From NCBI GenBank assembly GCA_963743305.1, contig CAVUPH010000007.1, positions 32,001-96,000 of the forward strand: 64,000 nt of DNA, written 5' to 3'. Origin of the DNA: an uncultured delta proteobacterium (GTDB taxonomy: Bacteria > Desulfobacterota > RBG-13-43-22). The position numbers were made by a program, and so were the translations under genes. This document shows positions 52,823 to 62,004 of this stretch, in pieces. Under the pieces are notes generated by a model. It was not told the DNA's origin. It worked only from the letters and a program-made list of their open reading frames with translations, and made no database searches. Every line of letters begins with the position of its first letter. The stretch's first letter is position 1.

Positions 52823-53266
52823 ATGAAAACCAGGAGTAAGATAGTATCGCTGCTTGTTCTGACGGTTTTTTGCTTCACCGCCTATGAGGCCTACGCCTTC
52901 GGGGGCCCCGGCAGACGAGGGTTTGAGGGGAGGCATTTGAAATGGGTCTTGGCCAAAAGCGGGTTCCCGCTGACCGACGACCAGAAATCCCGGATCAAGG
53001 AAATATTTCAGCAAAACCGGGAACAGCTTAAGGCCGCCCGGACCGCTCTCTTCCAAGCACGCCGGGATCTTCACACAGCTGCTTTAGCCGATCAACTTTC
53101 GGACGAACAAATCAAAGGCCAGGTTGATGCCTCTCTAGTGCCTCAAATCACTAAGATGGCTGAAAACCGAGCCGTGATTTATAATCAAATCCTCTGGACT
53201 GTGTTGACCCCGGACCAACGGACGGCGCTGCAAGCCCAGGCCAGTTCCCAGCAGGCCCAGCCCTAA
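52823..53266 (+). CDS. Spy/CpxP family periplasmic chaperone
   Basis: RBS AGGAG, signal peptide, two LTxxQ motifs (LTDDQ, LTPDQ). Confidence 0.8.
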   Translation: MKTRSKIVSLLVLTVFCFTAYEAYAFGGPGRRGFEGRHLKWVLAKSGFPLTDDQKSRIKEIFQQNREQLKAARTALFQARRDLHTAALADQLSDEQIKGQVDASLVPQITKMAENRAVIYNQILWTVLTPDQRTALQAQASSQQAQP

Positions 53267-53284
53267 GGGCGGCTTAGCTTGACC

Positions 53285-53330
53285 AAAGGGGTCAGGGGTG
53301 CTTTTTTTCTTTGCCCCTGATCCCTTTTTA
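53285..53330 (+). terminator. Intrinsic terminator after the Spy/CpxP gene
   Basis: AAAGGGGTCAGGGG..CCCCTGATCCCTTTTT. Confidence 0.6.
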
Positions 53331-53445
53331 TTGGGGGATATAGAAGATTTGCTCAAGCTAAGGTCCAGCCGATCGCCTTAATCCTCGTCCTAGGGAATTT
53401 AAATTGACTTTCTAAGGCAGTTCGCCTAAATTAGATAGTTTGGGT

Positions 53446-53521
53446 GGGCCCATAGCTCAGTTGGAAGAGCCACCGGCTCATAACCGGAAGGTCCCTGGTT
53501 CGAGGCCAGGTGGGCCCACCA
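53446..53521 (+). tRNA. tRNA with CAT anticodon, most likely tRNA-Ile2 (lysidine)
   Basis: GGGCCCA/TGGGCCC acceptor, CCGG-CTCATAA-CCGG anticodon arm, CCA end; lacks initiator features; promoter TTGACT-17-TAAATT at 53404-53432. Confidence 0.9.
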
Positions 53522-53664
53522 TTGATTATTTCAAACTCTGAAGATTAACATTAAAAATGATGCTCCATCAAAATGACAAAAAGAGAATCCCCAAACCGCT
53601 CAGGGGATGGGAGGACAAGAAAAGGGTGCCACGGTAATCGGGCGCCCTTTTTGTTTAATAGCGG

Positions 53665-54783
53665 ATGGTGGTCACCACTAAAGAGATTATCCAGTGGCTC
53701 GATTCCCGATATCCTCCCCACTGGGCCGAGGATTGGGACCAGGTCGGACTCCAAGTGGGCGATCCCGGGCAAGCGATTCGGCGCCTGGGAATCGCCCTGG
53801 AAGCTTCACCTCGAACGATTCAATGGGCGGCTTCTGAATCCGTCCAATTGCTCTTATGTCACCATCCTTTATTATTCCAGCCAGTTAGCCAACTTCGCTA
53901 TGATCGGGAACCCGGAAAGACCGTGCGGGAGCTGATCCGGAGGGAGATAGCCCTCTGGGTGGCCCACACCAACCTGGATGCGGCTCCGGAGGGAGTCAGC
54001 ACAGCCCTGGCGAAAAGGTTGGGGTTAACCCGTTTGAAGCCCCTGGAGGAAAAAGTCAGGGACCTCTACAAACTGGTGGTCTTTGTTCCGGCGGGTTATG
54101 AAGAACGCCTGCAGGAGGCCCTCAAGTTTTCGGGTATCGGGCAAATCGGGACCTATCGGTTCTGTACCTTTTCCGCCCGGGGGGAAGGGCGGTTTACCCC
54201 TGAACCGGGGTCCCAGCCCTTTCAGGGAAAAGCCGGGCTTGAAACCCGGGCACCTGAAACCCGATTGGAAGTCCGGGTCCCCCGGGCGCAAGTCGATACT
54301 TTGCTTCAGCGTTTTCGTGCTTCCCATCCCTACGAGGAGATGGCCTACGACCTCTACCCGCTTCAGAACAGCGCGCTCGGGGTGGGGATCGGGCGGCAGG
54401 GAATTTATGACCCCCCGCAATCCTGGGACCAATTCATCTCTTTTCTGCGGGAGGGCGCTGAAGCGCCGTTTATCCAAGTGGCCGGAAAAATTCCGGAAAA
54501 AATTGAACGGGTCGCCGTCTGCGGTGGCGCCGGACGTTCTTTGCTTCCGGCCGCACTGGCCGCTCAAGTCCAGGTCTTCGTAACCGGGGAGATCGGTCAC
54601 CATCCTACCGTGGAGTTTTCCGGAGAGGATCTGGCCCTGGTCAGCATCGGGCACTATGTGTCTGAAAAGTGGATCCTCCCGGTTTTAGGACAGCAATTGA
54701 TCGAGGCCGCGGAGGCGCAGGGTTGGGAGTTGGAGGTCCGGATCCACCTTGAACCAGGCGATCCGACCTGTCGGTATTTTTAG
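53665..54783 (+). CDS. Nif3-like dinuclear metal center protein
   Basis: WDQVGLQVG, HHPLLF, HTNLD, HPYEE, GHYVSE. Confidence 0.92.
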   Translation: MVVTTKEIIQWLDSRYPPHWAEDWDQVGLQVGDPGQAIRRLGIALEASPRTIQWAASESVQLLLCHHPLLFQPVSQLRYDREPGKTVRELIRREIALWVAHTNLDAAPEGVSTALAKRLGLTRLKPLEEKVRDLYKLVVFVPAGYEERLQEALKFSGIGQIGTYRFCTFSARGEGRFTPEPGSQPFQGKAGLETRAPETRLEVRVPRAQVDTLLQRFRASHPYEEMAYDLYPLQNSALGVGIGRQGIYDPPQSWDQFISFLREGAEAPFIQVAGKIPEKIERVAVCGGAGRSLLPAALAAQVQVFVTGEIGHHPTVEFSGEDLALVSIGHYVSEKWILPVLGQQLIEAAEAQGWELEVRIHLEPGDPTCRYF

Positions 54784-54814
54784 ATGGAAAGCGAATTCAA
54801 TTAGGGGGAAACGG

Positions 54815-55540
54815 ATGGAGGAACAAATTCGTCGGTTGATTTACCTGCAACAGATCGATAACGATATCCAACAAGTGAAGGTCCAAGCGGAGGAGACTCC
54901 CCGTCGTTTGGCCGGGATTGACTTGGAACTCCAAGCGGCCCGGCAAACCTATGAGACCTTTTTGAACAAGCTGGAGGAAGTAAAAAAACAGCGACGCGAC
55001 CTGGAAAAGGAAGTTGAACAATTCGATCAGAAAATTAAGAAAAGTCGGACAAAACTGATGGAGGTAAAAAACAATAAAGAATATAAGGCGATGCTCACCG
55101 AGATTGACGACCTGAATAGAAGCAAGGCCGGCCAGGAAGACGCTCTTTTGGAATTGATGGAACAAATGGAGGCCTTGACCCTTCAGGTGCGGGAGCAAAA
55201 AAAAGTTTTGGATCTAAAAATCGTTTCCGGCAAAACCCAAAAAGAAGAATGGGAAAAAGCCGGTGAAGTTTATGCCCGGGAATTAGCCCGGTTTGAGGAA
55301 GATCGCCAAAAAGCAGCCGCCCGGGTGGAAGATTCGCATCTTAAACAATATGAATTTTTGCGGGAGCGTTTGCGTGGTTTGGCCTTGGCCGAGGTACGTA
55401 ATGCCGCCTGTATGTCCTGTCATATGCACATCCCGCACCAGTTATATAACGAAATTCAACGGTGCGACCGGATAATCAATTGTCCCAATTGCCTGCGAAT
55501 CTTATTTTATTCGGGGAAACCCGAGGCCGCCAAGGAATAG
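54815..55540 (+). CDS. C4-type zinc-ribbon coiled-coil protein (DUF164-like)
   Basis: LQQID coiled coil, CMSCHM..CPNCLRIL. Confidence 0.9.
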   Translation: MEEQIRRLIYLQQIDNDIQQVKVQAEETPRRLAGIDLELQAARQTYETFLNKLEEVKKQRRDLEKEVEQFDQKIKKSRTKLMEVKNNKEYKAMLTEIDDLNRSKAGQEDALLELMEQMEALTLQVREQKKVLDLKIVSGKTQKEEWEKAGEVYARELARFEEDRQKAAARVEDSHLKQYEFLRERLRGLALAEVRNAACMSCHMHIPHQLYNEIQRCDRIINCPNCLRILFYSGKPEAAKE

Positions 55541-55579
55541 ATCCTGTCTGATTTAAAGAAACAAGCTGTCGGGCAGTGG

Positions 55580-55990
55580 GTGATTTTCTCCGATGGGGCG
55601 GCTAAGGGCAACCCCGGGCCTTCCGGGGCCGGATGGCTCATCCGTGATCCCCAAGGGCAAATCCGGGAAAATGGAAAGTTTCTGGGGGCTGGGACCAACA
55701 ATGAGGCGGAATATCAGGCCTTGACGGCGGCCCTGGAAGAGGCCTTGTCTCTGGGGGCGAAAGCGGTTAAAGTGCACCTGGATTCCGAACTGCTGGTCCG
55801 CCAGATTAACGGACAATACCGGGTGAAAAGTGATCGCCTGCGGAAGTATTACCACCAGGCGCAGGATCTTTTGAGCCGTTTTCACGATTATGCTATAATT
55901 CATATCCCCCGGGAGCAGAATCGGGAAGCGGACCGGTTGGCCAATGAAGCCATCAAGGATCATTATAAAAACCAAACCAAAAATATTTGA
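55580..55990 (+). CDS. rnhA: Ribonuclease HI
   Basis: DGAAKGNPG, TNNEAEY, DSEL, HIPREQNREADRLAN. Confidence 0.92.
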   Translation: MIFSDGAAKGNPGPSGAGWLIRDPQGQIRENGKFLGAGTNNEAEYQALTAALEEALSLGAKAVKVHLDSELLVRQINGQYRVKSDRLRKYYHQAQDLLSRFHDYAIIHIPREQNREADRLANEAIKDHYKNQTKNI

Positions 55991-56041
55991 ATAATTGTTT
56001 ATATATATAATCAACTGATAAATAGTGATACCATAGCGCGT

Positions 56042-56407
56042 GGAAGTGGATCAGATGATCGCCCGCTTTTGGGCGGGAGGAAAGTCCGAGCTCCAGAGGG
56101 CAGGATGCTGGGTAACACCCAGTCCCGGTGACGGGAAGGAAAGTGCCACAGAAAATATACCGCTCCGCCTCCGGCGGAGTAAGGGTGAAAAGGCGGGGTA
56201 AGAGCCCACCGGTATCCCGAGCGATCGGGATAGCCTGGTAAACCCCATCCGGAGCAAGACCAAATAGGGGGGCGTTACGGGTAGCCCGCCCAAGGCCCCC
56301 GGGTTGGTTGCTTGAGGTCCGAAGCAATTCGGACTCTTAGAGGAATGATCATCATCCCGGCCGGCGTGAGCCTCCGGGAAACAGGACTCGGCTTATGATC
56401 CACTTCC
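56042..56407 (+). ncRNA. rnpB: RNase P RNA (class A)
   Basis: P1 GGAAGTGGATC/GATCCACTTCC, GAGGAAAGTCCGAGCTC, AAGTGCCACAGAAA, GGTAAACCCC, ACAGGACTCGGCTTA. Confidence 0.97.
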
Positions 56408-56479
56408 ACCTATTTTTTTTTCACCAGCCTCAGGGGCGGCCAAGTGAGGCCACCCGCTGAAAAAAAATAGGATCAGGCC

Positions 56480-57175
56480 TTGAAGACCATCGCCTTGATT
56501 ACCGCCGGCGGGAAAGGACAACGGATGCAATCCCCCACGGCAAAACAGTTTTTGCTCCTGGGGGGAAAGCCTGTCCTGGCGCAGACCATTGCGGTTTTTG
56601 AAGCCTGTCCGGCCGTGGATGAGATCTTTGTCATAGCTCCGCAAGATGAAATGGCGAAGGTTCAAACGGATATCGTCGAAAAGTACCACTATAAGAAAGT
56701 GCTCAAGGTGGTTCAGGGGGGCCGGAGACGGCAACAGTCCGTCTGGAATGGGTTACGGGCGATAAAGTCGGATTGTTCCTGGGTAGTGGTTCACGACGGG
56801 GTCCGCCCTCTGATCAACCCCCAATTGATTGAAGCCGGTATGCTGGAAGCCCGGCAGACCGGGGCCGCCATCGTAGCCGTTCCCGCCCGGGATACGGTCA
56901 AACGATTAGCCCCGGGGGGGAAATTGCAGACCCTGCCCCGGGAAGAGATCTGGCTGGCCCAGACGCCGCAGATTTTTGAATTTTCCCTGCTTTGCCAGGC
57001 CCACCAGAAAGCGATTCAGGATAAATTCACGGGAACGGATGACGCTTCCCTGGTGGAACGATTGGGGCATCCCGTCAGCCTGATTTCCGGAGACTACCGA
57101 AACATAAAGATTACCACCCCGGAAGACCTGACGATCGCTGAGACGCTGATCAAGAAGGAAAAAAAAGATCTATGA
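56480..57175 (+). CDS. ispD: MEP cytidylyltransferase
   Basis: AGGKGQRM, KQF, HDGVRP, AQTPQ, TDDAS, KITTPED. Confidence 0.95.
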   Translation: MKTIALITAGGKGQRMQSPTAKQFLLLGGKPVLAQTIAVFEACPAVDEIFVIAPQDEMAKVQTDIVEKYHYKKVLKVVQGGRRRQQSVWNGLRAIKSDCSWVVVHDGVRPLINPQLIEAGMLEARQTGAAIVAVPARDTVKRLAPGGKLQTLPREEIWLAQTPQIFEFSLLCQAHQKAIQDKFTGTDDASLVERLGHPVSLISGDYRNIKITTPEDLTIAETLIKKEKKDL

Positions 57176-57654
57176 TCCCGCCCTTCCGAGTGGGATTGGG
57201 CTATGATGTCCACCGTCTGGTTCCGGAAAGGGCCTTGATCCTGGGAGGGATCGAAATCCCTTATTTCCTGGGGCTGGAAGGCCACTCCGACGCCGATGTG
57301 CTGGCCCATGCCCTGGGAGACGCCCTCCTGGGGGCCGCCGGGTTGGGCGATTTGGGGCGGCATTTTCCGGATTCGGATCCCCAGTATAAGGGGGTATCCA
57401 GCCTCATCCTTTTGAAGGCCATCCTTTCGAAGATCCGGTCCGCAGGCTGGGAGATCGGCTACCTCGATAGTACGATCGTGGCCCAGCAGCCCAAGCTGGC
57501 GGACTTTATCCCTTCCATGCGTCAGACCCTGGCCGAGAGCCTTCAAATCGCTTCGGACCAAATTCATATCAAAGCGACTACTTCCGAGGGACTCGGATTT
57601 TGCGGCCGGCAAGAGGGGATCGCCGCCTACGCGGTGGCCCTGATCAATCAATAA
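57172..57654 (+). CDS. ispF: MEcPP synthase
   Basis: GYDVH, GHSDADV, GDLGRHFPD, KATTSE. Confidence 0.96.
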   Translation: MIPPFRVGLGYDVHRLVPERALILGGIEIPYFLGLEGHSDADVLAHALGDALLGAAGLGDLGRHFPDSDPQYKGVSSLILLKAILSKIRSAGWEIGYLDSTIVAQQPKLADFIPSMRQTLAESLQIASDQIHIKATTSEGLGFCGRQEGIAAYAVALINQ

Positions 57655-57675
57655 GATAATAGGTGCTACCCTGCC

Positions 57676-59169
57676 ATGTCTTTAAGGATTTACAATTCCC
57701 AAACCCGTCAAAAGGAAAATTTTGTTCCCGGAAATCCTCCTCAGGTGGGGATCTATGTCTGCGGGGTGACCGTCTATGACAGTTGTCATATCGGTCATGC
57801 CCGGTCCATGATCGTTTTCGACGTGATCGTTCGCTTCCTCCGCTCTCAGGGCTATGAGGTAACCTACGTCCGCAATTTTACCGACATTGACGACAAGATC
57901 ATCGCCCGCTCCAATCAGGAAGGGGTCCGGCCAGAAGATTTAGCGGAAAAGTACATTGCGGAATTTAGAGAGGATATGGCGGTCCTGGGAGTGTTGTCTC
58001 CTGAGGCGGAACCTCGGGCCACACGCCATATCCCGGCAATCATCGCTTTAGTTCAGAAGCTGATTGATCAGGGCGCGGCCTACGCAGTTGACGGGGATGT
58101 TTTTTTCTCGGTAGAGCATTTCAAACCCTACGGCCAACTTTCCGGGAGGAACCTCGAGGAAATGCAGGCCGGGGCGAGGATCGAAGTGGACCCCCGGAAG
58201 CGCCATCCCATGGACTTTGCCCTTTGGAAAGCCGGAAAACCGGGAGAACCAACCTGGGAAAGCCCGTGGGGCCCGGGACGGCCGGGATGGCATATCGAAT
58301 GTTCGGCCATGAGCTCCTTTTACCTGGGGGAGACTTTCGACATCCATGGCGGCGGGCAGGATCTTATTTTCCCGCATCATGAGAACGAACAGGCCCAATC
58401 CATGGCCGCCTCGGGTCAGCCTCTGGCCCGGTACTGGGTCCATAACGGTTTTGTCACCATCCGGGGTGAAAAAATGTCCAAATCACTGGGCAATTTTTTA
58501 ACGATTCGGGAGATGGTCCGGCGTTTTCATCCCGAAGCGGTTCGTTTGTTTTTACTCTCACGGCATTACCGCACCCCGCTGGATTATTCGGAGGAAGCGC
58601 TGCAGGAGGCCCAGAACCACCTGCACCGTCTTTACCAACTGGTCAAGGACCTGGAGCATCCGGAAAACCGTTGGCAGCGGGGGGGAGCGGAAGACTTTTC
58701 GGAGGAGAAAATTCACGAACTGGCAGGAGCGGTGGACCAATTCCAGGAGAAATTTGAGGGGGCCTTGGAGGACGACTTCAATACCGCTCAGGCCCTGGGG
58801 TACTTTCACGATCTTTCCCGCAAGCTGAATCGCCTGCTGGACAGTCTGAAGCTAAAAACCATTGGCACTTCGAAAGATGCTCTGGTCCGGGCCGCCGGTG
58901 TTCTGAAAGCCGCCGGCTTGCTGCTGGGTATTCTGAACCTGCCGCTGGACGATTTCTTTGACCAAGAGAGAGAACGGGTTTTGGAAAGCCGCGGGTTGTC
59001 TAAACAACGCATCGCTGATCTCATTGCCAAACGGGTTCAGGCTCGCCGGGAAAAGGATTGGGCCCAGGCCGACGCCCTGCGCGCTCAGCTTCAGGAGATG
59101 GGGGTTATCCTCAAGGACAATCCCCAGGGCACGGAGTGGGATTTGGAAGAATATTTGGTTCGGCAATAA
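57676..59169 (+). CDS. cysS: Cysteine--tRNA ligase
   Basis: CGVTVY, HIGH, GRPGWHIECS, FPHHENE, KMSKS. Confidence 0.98.
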   Translation: MSLRIYNSQTRQKENFVPGNPPQVGIYVCGVTVYDSCHIGHARSMIVFDVIVRFLRSQGYEVTYVRNFTDIDDKIIARSNQEGVRPEDLAEKYIAEFREDMAVLGVLSPEAEPRATRHIPAIIALVQKLIDQGAAYAVDGDVFFSVEHFKPYGQLSGRNLEEMQAGARIEVDPRKRHPMDFALWKAGKPGEPTWESPWGPGRPGWHIECSAMSSFYLGETFDIHGGGQDLIFPHHENEQAQSMAASGQPLARYWVHNGFVTIRGEKMSKSLGNFLTIREMVRRFHPEAVRLFLLSRHYRTPLDYSEEALQEAQNHLHRLYQLVKDLEHPENRWQRGGAEDFSEEKIHELAGAVDQFQEKFEGALEDDFNTAQALGYFHDLSRKLNRLLDSLKLKTIGTSKDALVRAAGVLKAAGLLLGILNLPLDDFFDQERERVLESRGLSKQRIADLIAKRVQARREKDWAQADALRAQLQEMGVILKDNPQGTEWDLEEYLVRQ

Positions 59170-59255
59170 ACGAGACCCTCGAATATAGTCTAAAAAAGAC
59201 ATGGTTCGGGTGCGTCAAGCACTGACGGTTACCGGAAAACTTGGAGGAGAAGGCG

Positions 59256-59993
59256 ATGGACGATTTAGTCGGCAAACGAGTATTGGTTACCGGAGGTTCA
59301 AAGGGGATCGGACTGGGGATAGCCCGCTATTTCTCCGAAGCCGGGGCCAGGGTGGCCATTTGCGGACGGAAGGAGGCCAACTTAGTGAAGGCCCGGGAAC
59401 AACTGGGCGAGGTGGTTACCGTGGCGGCCCACTTGGGCAAGGCCGAAGAGGTGGAACAGTTGTTTAAAACCGTCGCGAATACCTTCGGAAGCCTGGATAT
59501 TCTGATCAACAATATGGGAATGAATATTTTCACCCCCTCGACCGTGGAAGCGGATATCGGTCTCTGGGATAAAATTATAGAAGGAAATCTGAAGTCGGCC
59601 TTTTTATGCTGCCGACAGGCCTTTCCCTTGATGAAAACCAACGGCGGGGTCATCGTCAACCTCAGTTCCATCGCCGGCCACCGGGCTGCTCCCGGCATGG
59701 GTATTTACGGGATCGCCAAGGCGGGACTTAACATGCTGACTAAGGTACTGGCCAAGGAATTGGCTTCCTACGGCATCCGGGTCAATGCCGTCGCCCCGGG
59801 AATGGTGGAAACTGATTTTTCCAGGCCTTTTTGGGGTAACGACGATATCCTCAAGGAGCTCCTGAAAGCCATTCCCTTGGGCCGGATCGCGCGCATCGAG
59901 GATGTGGTTCGGGTGGTGGCCTTCCTCTCCTCGGATCAAGCCGGTTATCTGACCGGCGAAATCATTTCCGTATCCGGCGGGACCGAGGCTTAA
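59256..59993 (+). CDS. Short-chain dehydrogenase/reductase
   Basis: TGGSKGIG, NLSS, YGIAK, VAPG. Confidence 0.9.
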   Translation: MDDLVGKRVLVTGGSKGIGLGIARYFSEAGARVAICGRKEANLVKAREQLGEVVTVAAHLGKAEEVEQLFKTVANTFGSLDILINNMGMNIFTPSTVEADIGLWDKIIEGNLKSAFLCCRQAFPLMKTNGGVIVNLSSIAGHRAAPGMGIYGIAKAGLNMLTKVLAKELASYGIRVNAVAPGMVETDFSRPFWGNDDILKELLKAIPLGRIARIEDVVRVVAFLSSDQAGYLTGEIISVSGGTEA

Positions 59994-59999
59994 ACCGGA

Positions 60000-60422
60000 A
60001 TGGAAACCAAGGAAAAGAAAACAAGGACCACCAAGCAGCGGCAGGTTATTTTGGAAGAAATTAAAAAGGTGAGTACTCACCCGACTGCTGATGAGGTCCA
60101 TGCCCTGGTGAGGAAGAGGCTTCCCAAAATCAGCCTGGGAACCATCTACCGCAACCTGGAATTTATGGCCGGACAAAACCAGATCCTGCGGTTGGATTGG
60201 GCCGGAAACCAACGCCGTTATGATGGGAATACTTCCAACCATTTTCACTTGCGCTGTGTACAATGCGGACAGGTTAAAGACCTGCTCATGGACTATCCTC
60301 AAGAAATGGAAGAAAAGGTGGCCTTAGAGACAGATTATGCGCTTTTAGGCTGCCGTCTGGAATTTGTTGGACTTTGTCCGCAATGCCAGCCAAAAAGCAA
60401 AAAAGCTATTAGCGTCAACTGA
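60000..60422 (+). CDS. Fur-family regulator (PerR-like)
   Basis: [30 protein letters not shown]; upstream of rubrerythrin. Confidence 0.9.
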   Translation: METKEKKTRTTKQRQVILEEIKKVSTHPTADEVHALVRKRLPKISLGTIYRNLEFMAGQNQILRLDWAGNQRRYDGNTSNHFHLRCVQCGQVKDLLMDYPQEMEEKVALETDYALLGCRLEFVGLCPQCQPKSKKAISVN

Positions 60423-60450
60423 TGAGAACCAGAGAAAGGAGCCGATAGTC

Positions 60451-61023
60451 ATGGAGTTAAAAGGGTCCAAAACGGAAAGAAACCTATTAACCGCTTTTGC
60501 CGGTGAATCGCAAGCCCGGAACCGTTATACCTATTTTGCCAGTCAGGCCAAAAAAGAAGGGTATGTTCAGATCCAGTATATCTTCGAAGAAACGGCCAAT
60601 CAGGAAAAGGAACATGCCAAACGGCTGTTTAAACTGCTGCCGGGGGGGGAAGTGGAAATTCAGGCCCGATTTCCCGCCGGGGTAATCGGAACCACGGCGG
60701 ACAACCTCAAGGAGGCCGCCGGAGGAGAGAATTACGAGTGGACGGATATGTACCCGTCCTTTGCCCGGGTGGCCGCGGAAGAGGGTTTTGAGGAAATCGC
60801 CAAGATTTTCGAGTCCATCGCGGTGGCTGAAAAACAACACGAACGACGCTACCTCGGTTTCCTGGCTAATATCAAAAACGGGACGGTTTTTAAAAAAGAT
60901 ACCGTCGTGACCTGGCGTTGCCGCAACTGCGGTTACCTGCAGGAGGGCCGCGAAGCCCCGGACAAGTGTCCCGCCTGTGACCACCAGCGGGAGCAATTCG
61001 AATTGCTCTGCGAGGACTGGTAA
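60451..61023 (+). CDS. rbr: Rubrerythrin
   Basis: [22 protein letters not shown]-terminal CRNCG..CPACDH; RBS before ATG 60451. Confidence 0.95.
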   Translation: MELKGSKTERNLLTAFAGESQARNRYTYFASQAKKEGYVQIQYIFEETANQEKEHAKRLFKLLPGGEVEIQARFPAGVIGTTADNLKEAAGGENYEWTDMYPSFARVAAEEGFEEIAKIFESIAVAEKQHERRYLGFLANIKNGTVFKKDTVVTWRCRNCGYLQEGREAPDKCPACDHQREQFELLCEDW

Positions 61024-61042
61024 CCACGGATTATTTTTTGAC

Positions 61043-61338
61043 TTTTCGTCCTTTTGGGTGGGGTGTCCCCGATAGCCGGTTGGCCGCCTGGGTCTCTTGG
61101 AAAGGGTTTTCCAAAGGCCATCCGAACTCCGAATCCGGGCCTAAGTCATCAACTTTATATAAAGCAGGCCCAAAAGCGGAGACCTTTATCGCCTTCGCGC
61201 TGGCCCTGCCTCCAGGACGATTTGAAAACACGGGGGCCGGGTTAGGACCGATAAAGCAGTGTGGAAAACCCTTTCCAAGAGACCCAGGCGGCCACGGAAG
61301 CTTGCGCCCTAGCTCGTACCCACTCAAAAGGACGAAAA
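61043..61338. mobile_element. MITE-like element formed by two inverted copies (D, E) of the ~75-bp repeat
   Basis: Exact 33-bp inverted repeat 61081-61113/61262-61294 and 19-bp outer IR (1 mismatch) 61043-61061/61320-61338; no credible ORF. Confidence 0.6.
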
Positions 61339-61452
61339 ACCAGCACGTTGTTGCATTCAGTCCCGAGTTTTGTTATCCTGAAAGCCAACCGGACAGGAGG
61401 GGTGAGAATCCCGCCCCGCTCAGGAACTAACCCAAAATGCGATGAGGAGACC

Positions 61453-61986
61453 ATGAGTGCCACCAGAGAGCGCTTCACCCAGATGCTGTGTACGGCCCAG
61501 GAGATGGAAGAGAAGGGCAGGGCCTTTTATGAAAAGGCCAGGTCCACTTCCGAGAACCCGCTGGGGAAAGAGATCTTTCGCCTGCTCATTGATGACGAAA
61601 TCGTCCATCTAGAGCGGATCCGGAAAATTTCCGATTCCCTGACCAAGGATCAAAATTGGTCCGAGGACTGGAAAAAACTTCAGTGTCCCTACCAGGATCT
61701 GGGGCAGGTCTTTCGGGACCTGGTGTCCCGATACAGCCCGGCCGGCATTGCGGGCAGCAACGATCTCGAGGCCCTGAAACTCGCCCTGGATTTTGAGCTG
61801 CGGAGCGTCGCCTTCTACGAAAGCCAGTTGGCCCAGGCCGTTGATCCTTTGGAAAAGGCCTTTCTGGTCCAGATGATCCAGGAAGAAAAAGGCCATGCCC
61901 TGACTCTTGAGGATACACGCTATTACCTTTCAGACCCCGAAGGCTGGTTCATGGAAAAAGAACGGGCCGGTTTAGACGGGGTTTAG
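61453..61986 (+). CDS. Ferritin-like (rubrerythrin-family diiron) protein
   Basis: EEKGRAFY, DEIVH, ELRSVAFY, EEKGH; RBS GAGGAG before ATG 61453. Confidence 0.85.
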   Translation: MSATRERFTQMLCTAQEMEEKGRAFYEKARSTSENPLGKEIFRLLIDDEIVHLERIRKISDSLTKDQNWSEDWKKLQCPYQDLGQVFRDLVSRYSPAGIAGSNDLEALKLALDFELRSVAFYESQLAQAVDPLEKAFLVQMIQEEKGHALTLEDTRYYLSDPEGWFMEKERAGLDGV

Positions 61987-62004
61987 CTCCCCGGTTCAGC
62001 GTGC

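Noticed and set aside
53446-53521. Initiator tRNA-fMet, or att site of the upstream block
   Set aside because: G1:C72 is paired and there are no three consecutive G-C anticodon-stem pairs; no duplicate tRNA fragment near 38000
61031-61452. Small ORFs and N-terminal extension of the ferritin-like gene
   Set aside because: They translate the inverted repeats (the same peptide appears on both strands); RBS supports ATG 61453
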